IMG/VR virus record: IMGVR_UViG_3300037309_000132 | Location: 1-28,684 of that record | Strand: one strand, 5' to 3' | Origin: a virus | Lineage: Duplodnaviria; Caudoviricetes | DNA length: 28,684 bases | Shown here: positions 16,855 to 24,776 of the stretch, in pieces | How the letters are laid out: each line of letters opens with the position of its first letter | Numbering within the stretch: the first letter of the stretch is position 1 | Made by a program: the position numbers and the translations under genes | The notes under the pieces: model-generated | Told to the model about the DNA's origin: nothing | Database searches by the model: none | What the model saw: only the letters and a program-made list of their open reading frames with translations

Positions 16855-17501
16855 TCGGCCTCCAGAAATTCGCCAGCTTCGGTTTGAAGTGGTTCGCCGT
16901 CTTCGGTCAGCAGGTAGGTCGCCCAGACCGGATCGTCGGCGATGGTCAGATCGGCTTCGGCTTCGACCCGCGCGAGCCCGCCGAAGATGATCGCGGACAC
17001 GATGCCCAGATAGGCCTGCGCATAGATCCGGTAGGATGCGATCACATGCGCGCGCAGCGGCTTGACCGCTTCGATGTCGCGCAGCAGCCGCGCGATGGTC
17101 GCGGCGTTGTATTCGATCAGGCTCGCGCCCTGTTCGGGCAGGTCGAGCCGGAAGGTGAAGGGTTCAAGATTGTCCCGGTCTTCGAACCATTCGGTCAGCC
17201 CGATTGCGGGATCGATCCGGTCGAGCGCGCGGCGCACCGAAAGCTTGGTGCCCTTGCGCCGCTGTTCGGGGATCGCCCCGGCGATGGCATCGCGCTTGAC
17301 CGCTTCGGTCCAGGCGCTGTCCCACAGGTCAATCGACACGCTCCACGCCAGCCAGGGCAGCAGGTCGGCGGGGCAGGTTTCCGGGTTCCAGACATCGTCA
17401 ACCGGAACCGGCAGCGCATCGAAGCGCGCGGCGGCGGCGTGATCGACCGCGCGTTCAAGTCGGCTCGCGTTGGGCGGCAGGATGGTGGTCTGCGCGTTCA
17501 C
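16851..17501 (-). CDS. gpI: Baseplate/tail protein I
   Basis: LPPNAS.LE, WNPETCPADLLPWLAW, RRKGT and KPLRAH motifs. Confidence 0.93.
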   Translation of the reverse strand: MNAQTTILPPNASRLERAVDHAAAARFDALPVPVDDVWNPETCPADLLPWLAWSVSIDLWDSAWTEAVKRDAIAGAIPEQRRKGTKLSVRRALDRIDPAIGLTEWFEDRDNLEPFTFRLDLPEQGASLIEYNAATIARLLRDIEAVKPLRAHVIASYRIYAQAYLGIVSAIIFGGLARVEAEADLTIADDPVWATYLLTEDGEPLQTEAGEFLEAE

Positions 17502-18391
17502 GTGTCGAAGCCTGCGACGACAATCGAACGGTTGGCGAGCGTCGCCGCTTGGGTCAGATCGACCGCGACATCGGCAACCGGATGCACTAGGATCACATTC
17601 TGCACGCCCGCGACGTGCAGCGCGGCAGTGATCGCCGACCGGGTGAGGTCGCGGCCCAGGCTGCGGTTTGCAGCGATCAGCGCGTCGAGGCTGGCATTGG
17701 CCGCGGCGAGGATCAGCGCCTGATCGGGCCCCGGATACAGCACCAGCTGCGCATCAATGTCGAAGGTGACGATTTCCGCGCTTTGAACCGTGACCTTGTC
17801 GGTCAGCGGGCGGATGCCATCGCTCTTGAGCAGATTGGCGACGCTGGCGACCAGCTGCGGCGATGCGGTGCCATCGCCGGTGCGCGACAGGATCGACACG
17901 ATCACTTCGCCGGGAACCCGGCTGATCGCGCTGGCATCGAGCACGGCAGGGTCGGCGGTCAATGCGTGGAACACATAGGCGCTGGCAGGTCCGGCGACAC
18001 TGAAGCTGTCAGGCGCGAGCAGCACCCGGCGGCGCAGCGCGGTGTCGTCTTCGAACACCGCTGGCGCGCCGGTTTGCGCGTTGGCCGGGGAAATCTGCTG
18101 GCGCTCGACGCCCAAGAGCGCGGCCAGATTGTCAAGATCGGCTCCGGTGGCATAGGCCAGCATGACGCTGCGCGCTGCCGCGTTGATCCGCGCGCGCAAC
18201 ACCAGTTCGCGGTAGGCGACGACTTCCAGCAGCTTGACGATCGGGTCGCTTTCGACATTCGCGCTGAATTGCGGGAACCGCTCGAGGAAGTCGGCCAGCA
18301 CCGCCGCCAGGATGGCTTCGAAGTCGAGCGGTTCGACGACATCGGGCGGGGGCAGGCGCGACAGGTCGATGGTGGTTGCGGCGGCGGTCAT
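17498..18391 (-). CDS. gpJ: Baseplate assembly protein J
   Basis: IDLSRLPPPDVVEPLDFE, ESDP..KLLE..AYRE, SVAGP..AY and RPLTD motifs. Confidence 0.95.
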   Translation of the reverse strand: MTAAATTIDLSRLPPPDVVEPLDFEAILAAVLADFLERFPQFSANVESDPIVKLLEVVAYRELVLRARINAAARSVMLAYATGADLDNLAALLGVERQQISPANAQTGAPAVFEDDTALRRRVLLAPDSFSVAGPASAYVFHALTADPAVLDASAISRVPGEVIVSILSRTGDGTASPQLVASVANLLKSDGIRPLTDKVTVQSAEIVTFDIDAQLVLYPGPDQALILAAANASLDALIAANRSLGRDLTRSAITAALHVAGVQNVILVHPVADVAVDLTQAATLANRSIVVAGFDT

Positions 18392-18439
18392 GCGCGCTGC
18401 CGTGCCTGATCAGACCGCGCGCGCGAAAGGGGCGGCCCC

Positions 18440-18458
18440 GGTGACAGGGGCTTTCACC
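18440..18458 (-). promoter_or_regulatory. Putative Ogr-activator box (late promoter of the J-I-H-...-V operon)
   Basis: GGTGAAAGCCCCTGTCACC dyad, 49 nt upstream of the gpJ ATG. Confidence 0.72.
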
Positions 18459-18468
18459 GGCCTGCCGG

Positions 18469-18948
18469 TCAGGGATCGACCATCGTGCTGACAATGTCGA
18501 TGATCTGTTCTTCGTCTTCGCGGGCGAAGCCCAGCAGGCGGCGTTCGGGGTAGCGGGTGAAGATTTTGCGCCCATCGGGTCCGCGCCCGACAAACCCCTT
18601 GCGCCCGAAGTGGTGGATGGCCGGGATCAGCGAATTGCTCTTGGGCATCAATTCGACGCTGTTCGGGGTTGCCTTGATCGCCCAGCGGCGGGCAAAGCGC
18701 AGCTTGCGAAACATCTTGCCGCCGGTCCCGCTGCGAACCTTGCCGCGCCGGTCAAGGCGGCTTTTGCGCTGAACCATCGCGCTGCCATCGGGTTCGACGT
18801 TCGCCTGAATTCGGGCAAGGTTGGAGCGGCGCAGCGACTGCCCGACTTTCATCAATACCCGCTTGCGCTTGGCCGGGGAAAGCCCGGTCATGACCTGACC
18901 CAGCCATTCTTCGAGCGCGGCCAGCGCGTTGTCGTCGCTTGCTGCCAC
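18469..18948 (-). CDS. gpS: Virion morphogenesis / tail completion protein S
   Basis: LRRSN..RI.....PDGS, KMFRKLR, IHHFG and YPERRLLGF motifs. Confidence 0.9.
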   Translation of the reverse strand: MAASDDNALAALEEWLGQVMTGLSPAKRKRVLMKVGQSLRRSNLARIQANVEPDGSAMVQRKSRLDRRGKVRSGTGGKMFRKLRFARRWAIKATPNSVELMPKSNSLIPAIHHFGRKGFVGRGPDGRKIFTRYPERRLLGFAREDEEQIIDIVSTMVDP

Positions 18949-19706
18949 TATGCCAGCGCCGCCGCGCGCATTCGGATCGACGGCGGCGTGATGCCCGCGG
19001 TCAATTCGCTGTCCGCGAACGCCCAGGGATCAGGGGCCGGATCGGCAAAGGCGACGATGCGGCGCAGCACGGTCGAGTAAGACGTGCCGGTGACCGAGTT
19101 CAAACCGAGGTTGGCCGCCGAAGTGGTGGCGATAGTGCGCAGGGTCGCGGTGCTGCTTTGCCAGACACCCAGCCAGTATTGTCGCCCGTTGTCGAAGGTG
19201 AAATCGACCGCGTGCGATTTGTAACCAGTCGTTGCAAAATCGAGCGCGCTGCCCCCGACAAACTCGAGCGCATCCGGCCAGCCATTCGCATCGCTCGAAT
19301 AGATCAGGCACTTGCCCTGCGCCGCTGCAACGGGGGTCGAAACCGCAACGCCGATCTGATTGATTCGCAGCGGGATCGAAGTGTAGAACGGAGCAAGGTC
19401 AATCCGCCCGGCTGCGCCCGCGAGAGTGGACGCCGCCGCGCCATGAAACGCGTTGTCGTAATAGCGCCCGACGACGAACCCGCCCGCGTTCGGGCTAGCG
19501 AAGTTGCTGATCGTCGCGATGCGCTCGCCCAGCGTGTCACGGCTGCCGCGCGCGTTGGCCAGTTCGAGCGCTGAATTGAGCCGGTGCGCAGTGGAGCCAG
19601 TCGCATCGACGACATAAAGATCAAAGCCCGCCCCGGCCCTGACCGCATAAATCGCATCCGGCTCCAACGGGTCGGGCAGCGCAGCAATGACCTTGGAAAT
19701 CTTCAT
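18948..19706 (-). CDS. Extra virion-like protein B (fibre/decoration candidate)
   Basis: Coupled to both neighbours; N-terminus similar to that of 19706-20257; beta-rich C-terminal domain. Confidence 0.65.
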   Translation of the reverse strand: MKISKVIAALPDPLEPDAIYAVRAGAGFDLYVVDATGSTAHRLNSALELANARGSRDTLGERIATISNFASPNAGGFVVGRYYDNAFHGAAASTLAGAAGRIDLAPFYTSIPLRINQIGVAVSTPVAAAQGKCLIYSSDANGWPDALEFVGGSALDFATTGYKSHAVDFTFDNGRQYWLGVWQSSTATLRTIATTSAANLGLNSVTGTSYSTVLRRIVAFADPAPDPWAFADSELTAGITPPSIRMRAAALA

Positions 19707-20257
19707 CACCAGGCAACCGATCCGGCCTGAACATGGCCTTGCCCGTCATAGGTAAATCCGCCGCTGGCATCCTGACCTATCTTGTCGAGCTGGGTCTTGT
19801 TGGCGTGCGTGTGCGAATTGGCGACGGCGGTATCGATCGCGGCCGGGGTGCTGGCAGGGCCGCCAGTGATGTTCGCCCACGCCAGCGCCAAGTCGAGCCC
19901 TTCGGCTTCGCTGATCTTTATGAATTCATCGGTTGCGACACGGTAGATGTAGGTCGCAGCGCCTGCATTCACACTCGGGTCGGCGCTGGCGTCGATGACC
20001 AGAACCTGCGCGTTTGCCGCCAACGCGAGCGCGTCACGCGCGGCAATGTTGGCGACGACTTCGACCGCGCCGATGGAACCGACGCTGGCGTCGATCATGG
20101 CCTGAATATCGGCTTCGGTCAGCACGCGACGCACAGCGGCGGTGTTGCCGGTGACGTAGATTTCGACCTTGTCGCCGCCGGTCGCGACCAGATAGATGGT
20201 GTTGGCAGACAGCGCACCGGGCAATGCGGTGACGCGCGAAACGGTGAAAGTTGCCAT
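19706..20257 (-). CDS. Extra virion-like protein A (fibre/decoration candidate)
   Basis: AAGGA RBS; VVANIAARDAL, DASADPSV, WANITGGP and HTHANK fibre-like motifs. Confidence 0.7.
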   Translation of the reverse strand: MATFTVSRVTALPGALSANTIYLVATGGDKVEIYVTGNTAAVRRVLTEADIQAMIDASVGSIGAVEVVANIAARDALALAANAQVLVIDASADPSVNAGAATYIYRVATDEFIKISEAEGLDLALAWANITGGPASTPAAIDTAVANSHTHANKTQLDKIGQDASGGFTYDGQGHVQAGSVAW

Positions 20258-20268
20258 GCTTTTTTCCT

Positions 20269-20853
20269 TTACCAGTCAGTCAGACCAAGATCGAAAACGT
20301 CGCCATCGCTCGGCGGCGGCTGTTCGACTGTGACAGGGCGGGTGATGTTGCCCTGATAGGCATTTTCGGGCGCGGCGACCGGCTCCATTACCACGGTCGC
20401 CCCCGTGAACGGGTCGCGCAACGGGTTGTCGCTCAAGAAATCATAATCTGTGAACAGCGGGTTGGGTTCGGCCAGATATTCGATCGACCAGCTGCCATCG
20501 GGTTGCGGCATGACCCCGACATGCTCGCACAGGTCAATCGTGAACAGGATGTCGGCCAGATTGTTGTCGAGAATGTCGGTTTCGAACTTGTAGGAATCGC
20601 CCGCGCCGCCCGCCAGCTGATCGGGCTGGTTCGCATCGAGCCAGCGGTTGATCGCATGGGTCACGATTGCGATGTCGGTCTTCACTTCGCGCAGCAAGAC
20701 CGAAAGCGGGTATTTGAAGCTGAAGCCATGCTTGCCCGTCTGGCGCGAGCGGACCGCCCCGTCTTCGATCCAGATCGCGAGGCGCGAAGGATCGCCGCGC
20801 AATTCGGACAGTGCGGCGGTCAGGGCAATGCGCAGGCTTTCGGGCTTCTTCAT
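20269..20853 (-). CDS. gpR: Tail completion protein R with C-terminal extension
   Basis: MKKPESLR, L.IWIEDG, SFKY, WL..NQPD and FETDILDN...DI motifs. Confidence 0.88.
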   Translation of the reverse strand: MKKPESLRIALTAALSELRGDPSRLAIWIEDGAVRSRQTGKHGFSFKYPLSVLLREVKTDIAIVTHAINRWLDANQPDQLAGGAGDSYKFETDILDNNLADILFTIDLCEHVGVMPQPDGSWSIEYLAEPNPLFTDYDFLSDNPLRDPFTGATVVMEPVAAPENAYQGNITRPVTVEQPPPSDGDVFDLGLTDW

Positions 20854-20863
20854 GTGATCCCAA

Positions 20864-21079
20864 TCAATCCCACAGGCTGACAATGTCGCGGCGCGGCGGC
20901 GCGGCGGCGGCGATTGCGATGGCGGTCAGGTCAACCCGCGTCCCGCCTGCCAGCACCGCCCCCGCAGCGGCAACCGCCGGGTTGGCGGCCAGCGCGGCTT
21001 CGGTCAGCCCGGCGGTGCGGCCCAAGGTGCGCCAGACCAGCGCATCGAGCGTTTCGCCATCCTGCGCGATCACGATCAC
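20864..21079 (-). CDS. gpX: Tail protein X (LysM-like)
   Basis: AQDGETLDALVWR..G, AANP and C-terminal VSLWD. Confidence 0.92.
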   Translation of the reverse strand: MIVIAQDGETLDALVWRTLGRTAGLTEAALAANPAVAAAGAVLAGGTRVDLTAIAIAAAAPPRRDIVSLWD

Positions 21080-21585
21080 AGCAGATCAACCCGGTTGCGG
21101 CCAAGGTCGACCGCTCCGTCGACGGGTTCGACCCCGATTGCCAGCAGATCGGCGACCGCTTCATAGGCGCGGCGGCGGTAAAGGTCGGCGGTGGTGCGCT
21201 TTTCGTCTTCGCGGTCCAGCGCGTCGTCGGTTGCAGCAATGTCAGTGTGCCCGTCGAAGATTTCGGCGGCGGCGTAGAACATGACGACGCGGTTCCACAG
21301 CAGCACCGCCATGTTCTGATCGGCGACGGTTTCTTCGGTCACGCCTGCAAGGTTTTCGATCCCGTTTGCCACATGGCCGCTGCGCCACTGTGCCAGCGCG
21401 CGCAGCCCGGACAGGATCCCCGCGATCGTCGCTTCGGCCAGGCGATCTGCGGAAACCGCGCCATCGCCCAGGCGGACCTTGGCGCGAATGTCGGCGGTGT
21501 CGATCGGCGGGAACCAGCCATCGGCAGCGATGACCTGCCCGGCGGGCGGGGCGGCGTTGTCGGGCGGGGCGGTCAATCCTGACAT
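21076..21585 (-). CDS. gpL: Head completion/stabilisation protein L
   Basis: DGWFPPID, RL.EA...G, D..AT, AVADL and C-terminal VDLL; position after M. Confidence 0.88.
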   Translation of the reverse strand: MSGLTAPPDNAAPPAGQVIAADGWFPPIDTADIRAKVRLGDGAVSADRLAEATIAGILSGLRALAQWRSGHVANGIENLAGVTEETVADQNMAVLLWNRVVMFYAAAEIFDGHTDIAATDDALDREDEKRTTADLYRRRAYEAVADLLAIGVEPVDGAVDLGRNRVDLL

Positions 21586-21609
21586 CGGGGACACCTTTGA
21601 TGTTCCCAA

Positions 21610-21676
21610 GGGTGGGCGGGTGAGGATGAAGCGAATGGACCGGCCAAGGCCGCGCCATCACTTCAACCGCCCGCCC
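21610..21676. promoter_or_regulatory. Intergenic stem-loop between M and L
   Basis: GGGTGGGCGGGTGAGG pairs imperfectly with CTTCAACCGCCCGCCC; inner CGGCC-AA-GGCCG hairpin. Confidence 0.5.
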
Positions 21677-21694
21677 GGCGCCGTGGGGCGTTCG

Positions 21695-22441
21695 TTAATC
21701 CTGTTCGCTGGCGGCGGACTGAAGGTCGCGCTGGCGGCGTTCCAGCTGTTCGATGTCCTTCTTGACCCCGGCCTTCTTGTCGAGCGCGAGTGCGCGGCGC
21801 AGCTGCACCAGCGCGGCTTCGACAAAGGCCGCTTCGCCGCCAGCGGGGGCGGTGTCGTCGGTCGGGTCGAAAGCGTCGGCCTTGGCGCGCCAGGAGCGGC
21901 CCAGCGCCTTGTGCAGCTTTGCCTTTGCCTGATCGGGCATGTCCGCGCCATCGGTCAGTTCGTCGATCTGCGCGAGCAGCTTCAGGTCGACGGTGCCCGG
22001 CGCGGCGATTTCGACTTCGGCGATGTCTTCGCGCAGGAAACACGCGACGCTGCGCTTGTAGCGGTCGGGCATTTGCAGGCCGTGGCGCAGGGCGAATTCG
22101 CCCAAGCGAACCGCTTCGGCAAAATCGCCGACATCGATCGCCCAGACCAGACAGGTCATGACGATTTCATCCTGAACCGGCGCATCGACGGCGATCACGC
22201 CATCGACCCAATTGGCGAAGGCCTTGCGGAATTCGACCTTCATGGGCACGCGCGCTTCGACGCTTTCGGTGTCGGCCAGCTGGCGCAGCTGATCGTGCAA
22301 CTGGACGCGCAGGCCCGCATATTCCTGACCAGCGGGGGTCGCTTCGTCGATCGCGCGCGGTCCCGGCGCGGCGGTCAGCGCGGTCGAACCGGCAAGCTGT
22401 GCCAGCTTGTTCTGGCGGCTGCGAAGGAAGGGGCTGGTCAT
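21695..22441 (-). CDS. gpM: Terminase endonuclease (small) subunit M
   Basis: MTSPF, QDEI....LVWAIDVGD, MPD, DMPDQAKAKLHKA and GVKKDIE motifs. Confidence 0.93.
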   Translation of the reverse strand: MTSPFLRSRQNKLAQLAGSTALTAAPGPRAIDEATPAGQEYAGLRVQLHDQLRQLADTESVEARVPMKVEFRKAFANWVDGVIAVDAPVQDEIVMTCLVWAIDVGDFAEAVRLGEFALRHGLQMPDRYKRSVACFLREDIAEVEIAAPGTVDLKLLAQIDELTDGADMPDQAKAKLHKALGRSWRAKADAFDPTDDTAPAGGEAAFVEAALVQLRRALALDKKAGVKKDIEQLERRQRDLQSAASEQD

Positions 22442-22455
22442 CGGCGGGGTTCCTT

Positions 22456-22495
22456 GAAAAGCGCGGCGGGTTTCGGGGGGAGTGAAACCCGCCGC
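22456..22495 (-). terminator. Hairpin or partial terminator after the capsid gene
   Basis: 12-bp stem GCGGCGGGTTTC/GAAACCCGCCGC followed on - strand by GCTTTT; second hairpin at 22505-22534. Confidence 0.6.
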
Positions 22496-22542
22496 TTCAG
22501 TTAACCGGCGGGCTGGAGAGGATCCGCCCGCTGGTCCGGGTC

Positions 22543-23676
22543 TTACGGAGCAGGCCGCGCAGGCGCAGCGCCCATGACGATGTTTTCGACCAGCACGGCC
22601 AGTTCGTATTCTTCGACGACGAAGGCTTCGTTGACCGATTCGTAGTTCGCGACCCGATCATATTCGGGTTCATCCACCAGACGGCGGCGGCGCGAGCTTT
22701 CCTGCCAGTAGATCGACAGGTTCGACATCTTGGTGATCAGCACCGCGTCCGCCGGGAAGCCCGACACGCGATAGGCCTGAAGCCCGCCAATCATCTTGGT
22801 CGATGCGAGGATGCGGTCGGTCGCTTCCTGTTCGGTGGCGGTGTTGCCGGTGGTCTGCGCGATGTTGAAATATTTGTCATCGAGCAGATCGTGACCGACG
22901 ATAACGACCAGATCGGTGTCGCCGCGATGGCGTTCGTGAATGCCGCGCTTGGCATCGAGCACGAGCGCATCGAGCGACGAATAATCGGCCGCAGCGGTGA
23001 CCGCGTTGGCAGCCGAAGCGTCAAACAGGGTCACGCCCGACTTCACGTAGATTTTCTTCAACGCGACGTTGTTCGCACCATTGCTAAGAACAGTCAGCGC
23101 GCCATCGTCCATCACCTGCGCGGGGGCATCTTCGCGGATTTTGTGCAGCCAGCCTTCGTTGACATCCTGCAACAGCGGGTTGGCGGCACGATCGGTGACA
23201 GCGGCGGCGCTGGTGCCGTTAAAGCCGATCAGGATGCGGTCGAGCGCCTGCTGGGTCAGGATGTCGTCGCGCACCAGCGTTTCGAATTCGGGGCGATGCG
23301 CCCAAGCGTCGAGCTGCGCGTAGGAGCGCGACCAATCGTAATTGGTTTTCTTGCACAGGTAGCGGAACTTTTCGGTTGCCGCGCCAACCGCGACCGGGTT
23401 GCGGCGCGTGTTGTTGGCGGTGCTGACCCGGCCCGCGATCGTGCTCGACACGCCCACGCCCAGCACCGAACCTTCCTGTTCGGCGACCGGGATCATGTTG
23501 ATCATTTGCAGGAATTCGCTCAAATTGCGAATGCGGTCTTCGAGCTTCTGTTCGACGTTCGGGGAGACGTTGAACTTCGACATGCCGGACGCCGGATCGA
23601 CAGGCGCGCCCAGCCCGTTGACCAGGGCGATCTGCGAAACATAAGCCGCGAACTTCAGGCGGGTGGTGGTCTTCAT
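22543..23676 (-). CDS. gpN: Major capsid protein, P2 family
   Basis: FNVSP.VEQKL, LDAWA, QQALDRI.IGFNGTS, NPLLQDVN.GWL and NLSIYWQ motifs. Confidence 0.97.
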   Translation of the reverse strand: MKTTTRLKFAAYVSQIALVNGLGAPVDPASGMSKFNVSPNVEQKLEDRIRNLSEFLQMINMIPVAEQEGSVLGVGVSSTIAGRVSTANNTRRNPVAVGAATEKFRYLCKKTNYDWSRSYAQLDAWAHRPEFETLVRDDILTQQALDRILIGFNGTSAAAVTDRAANPLLQDVNEGWLHKIREDAPAQVMDDGALTVLSNGANNVALKKIYVKSGVTLFDASAANAVTAAADYSSLDALVLDAKRGIHERHRGDTDLVVIVGHDLLDDKYFNIAQTTGNTATEQEATDRILASTKMIGGLQAYRVSGFPADAVLITKMSNLSIYWQESSRRRRLVDEPEYDRVANYESVNEAFVVEEYELAVLVENIVMGAAPARPAP

Positions 23677-23752
23677 CGGGTCGGTTCCTTGAGCAAAGCG
23701 GGCGCGGGGCTTTGTCGGTTAAGGGATGGTTGGGGGTTGCAATTCGGGGCGA

Positions 23753-24616
23753 TCAACAGTCGGTCTTCGTCGCGTTGGCATTCGTGCCAGCGGCGGCGGG
23801 GCGGGTGGTGTAGGCATTGACCGGGGTGGTTTCGATCGTGGTTTCGATCGCCTTGAACCGCAGTTCGGCCTGTTCGGCAGCCTGCGTGATCTGCGTTTGA
23901 AGACCGGCGATCTGGGTTGCGAATTGCTGACCCAAACCTTCGAACAGCGGCTTGAGGTCGGCGACGTTGAATTCGCCGGGCTTGGCTTCGGGTTTGGGGT
24001 CCGGGGTCGCGGGCGACTTGGGTTCAGCGGGCGCGACGACGCCCAGCTTCGCGAAGGTGGTTTCAAGCATCTTGCCAAAGCCCGAAATGAAGCTGGTGGT
24101 GCCTTCGTCGGGCTCGCCTTCCTTCGCAAATTCGATTGCGAAGGACTGTTCGGGCTTGTCCGCGCCCAGCTTGATCGTGCCGGGCAGCGCGCGGTTGAAC
24201 GCCAGTTTTTCGGTGGCAATCGAAGCCGGGCTGTCGGTCAGCGCGACGCCCATCAGATAGGCCTTGCCGGTGCCTGCGAAGTTGGGTTCGATTTCGATCG
24301 ACGGATAGACCTTCTGCCCGGCCTTGTTCAGTTCCTTGGCATCGTCATTGATGTCGAGCACGCCATAAAGGCCGGTGCGCTTTTCGCTCTTACCGTGGAT
24401 GGTGACATCGACTTCGGCGGTCGAAAGCTCAAGCACGTCGCCGAATGCCTTGAACGGTCGGTCGCCCGACAGGCCGCGAATGTGTTCAAGGTTCAGCCGC
24501 GCGCCGTAGGTCTTGGGATCATAGCCTTCGGCCATTTCGCGCAGCATGTTTTCATCGATCGTGCGACCGTCGACGGTGGCGCCGGAAGTGGCGAGCAGGA
24601 AGGGCTTGGTTTTCAT
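23753..24616 (-). CDS. gpO: Capsid scaffolding protein/protease O
   Basis: GATVDGR, YGARLNLEH, QKVYPSIE and ALTDSPAS motifs. Confidence 0.96.
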   Translation of the reverse strand: MKTKPFLLATSGATVDGRTIDENMLREMAEGYDPKTYGARLNLEHIRGLSGDRPFKAFGDVLELSTAEVDVTIHGKSEKRTGLYGVLDINDDAKELNKAGQKVYPSIEIEPNFAGTGKAYLMGVALTDSPASIATEKLAFNRALPGTIKLGADKPEQSFAIEFAKEGEPDEGTTSFISGFGKMLETTFAKLGVVAPAEPKSPATPDPKPEAKPGEFNVADLKPLFEGLGQQFATQIAGLQTQITQAAEQAELRFKAIETTIETTPVNAYTTRPAAAGTNANATKTDC

Positions 24617-24707
24617 CGCAGTCGCTCCAGTCAGCAGCGCCGAACGGGCGCTTCGGTTCTGGCGGACTAAGGCCCTGTCAGCCCCGCGTCTGGCAACGGC
24701 GCGGGCA

Positions 24708-24726
24708 GGTGAAAGCTGCTGTCACC
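24708..24726 (+). promoter_or_regulatory. Putative Ogr-activator box between divergent O and P
   Basis: GGTGAAAGCTGCTGTCACC dyad, 51 nt upstream of the gpP ATG. Confidence 0.72.
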
Positions 24727-24776
24727 GCGCGACGTGATGGACCGGCAGCGGGTCAAGGGGTGCATGGCTTGCAGCC

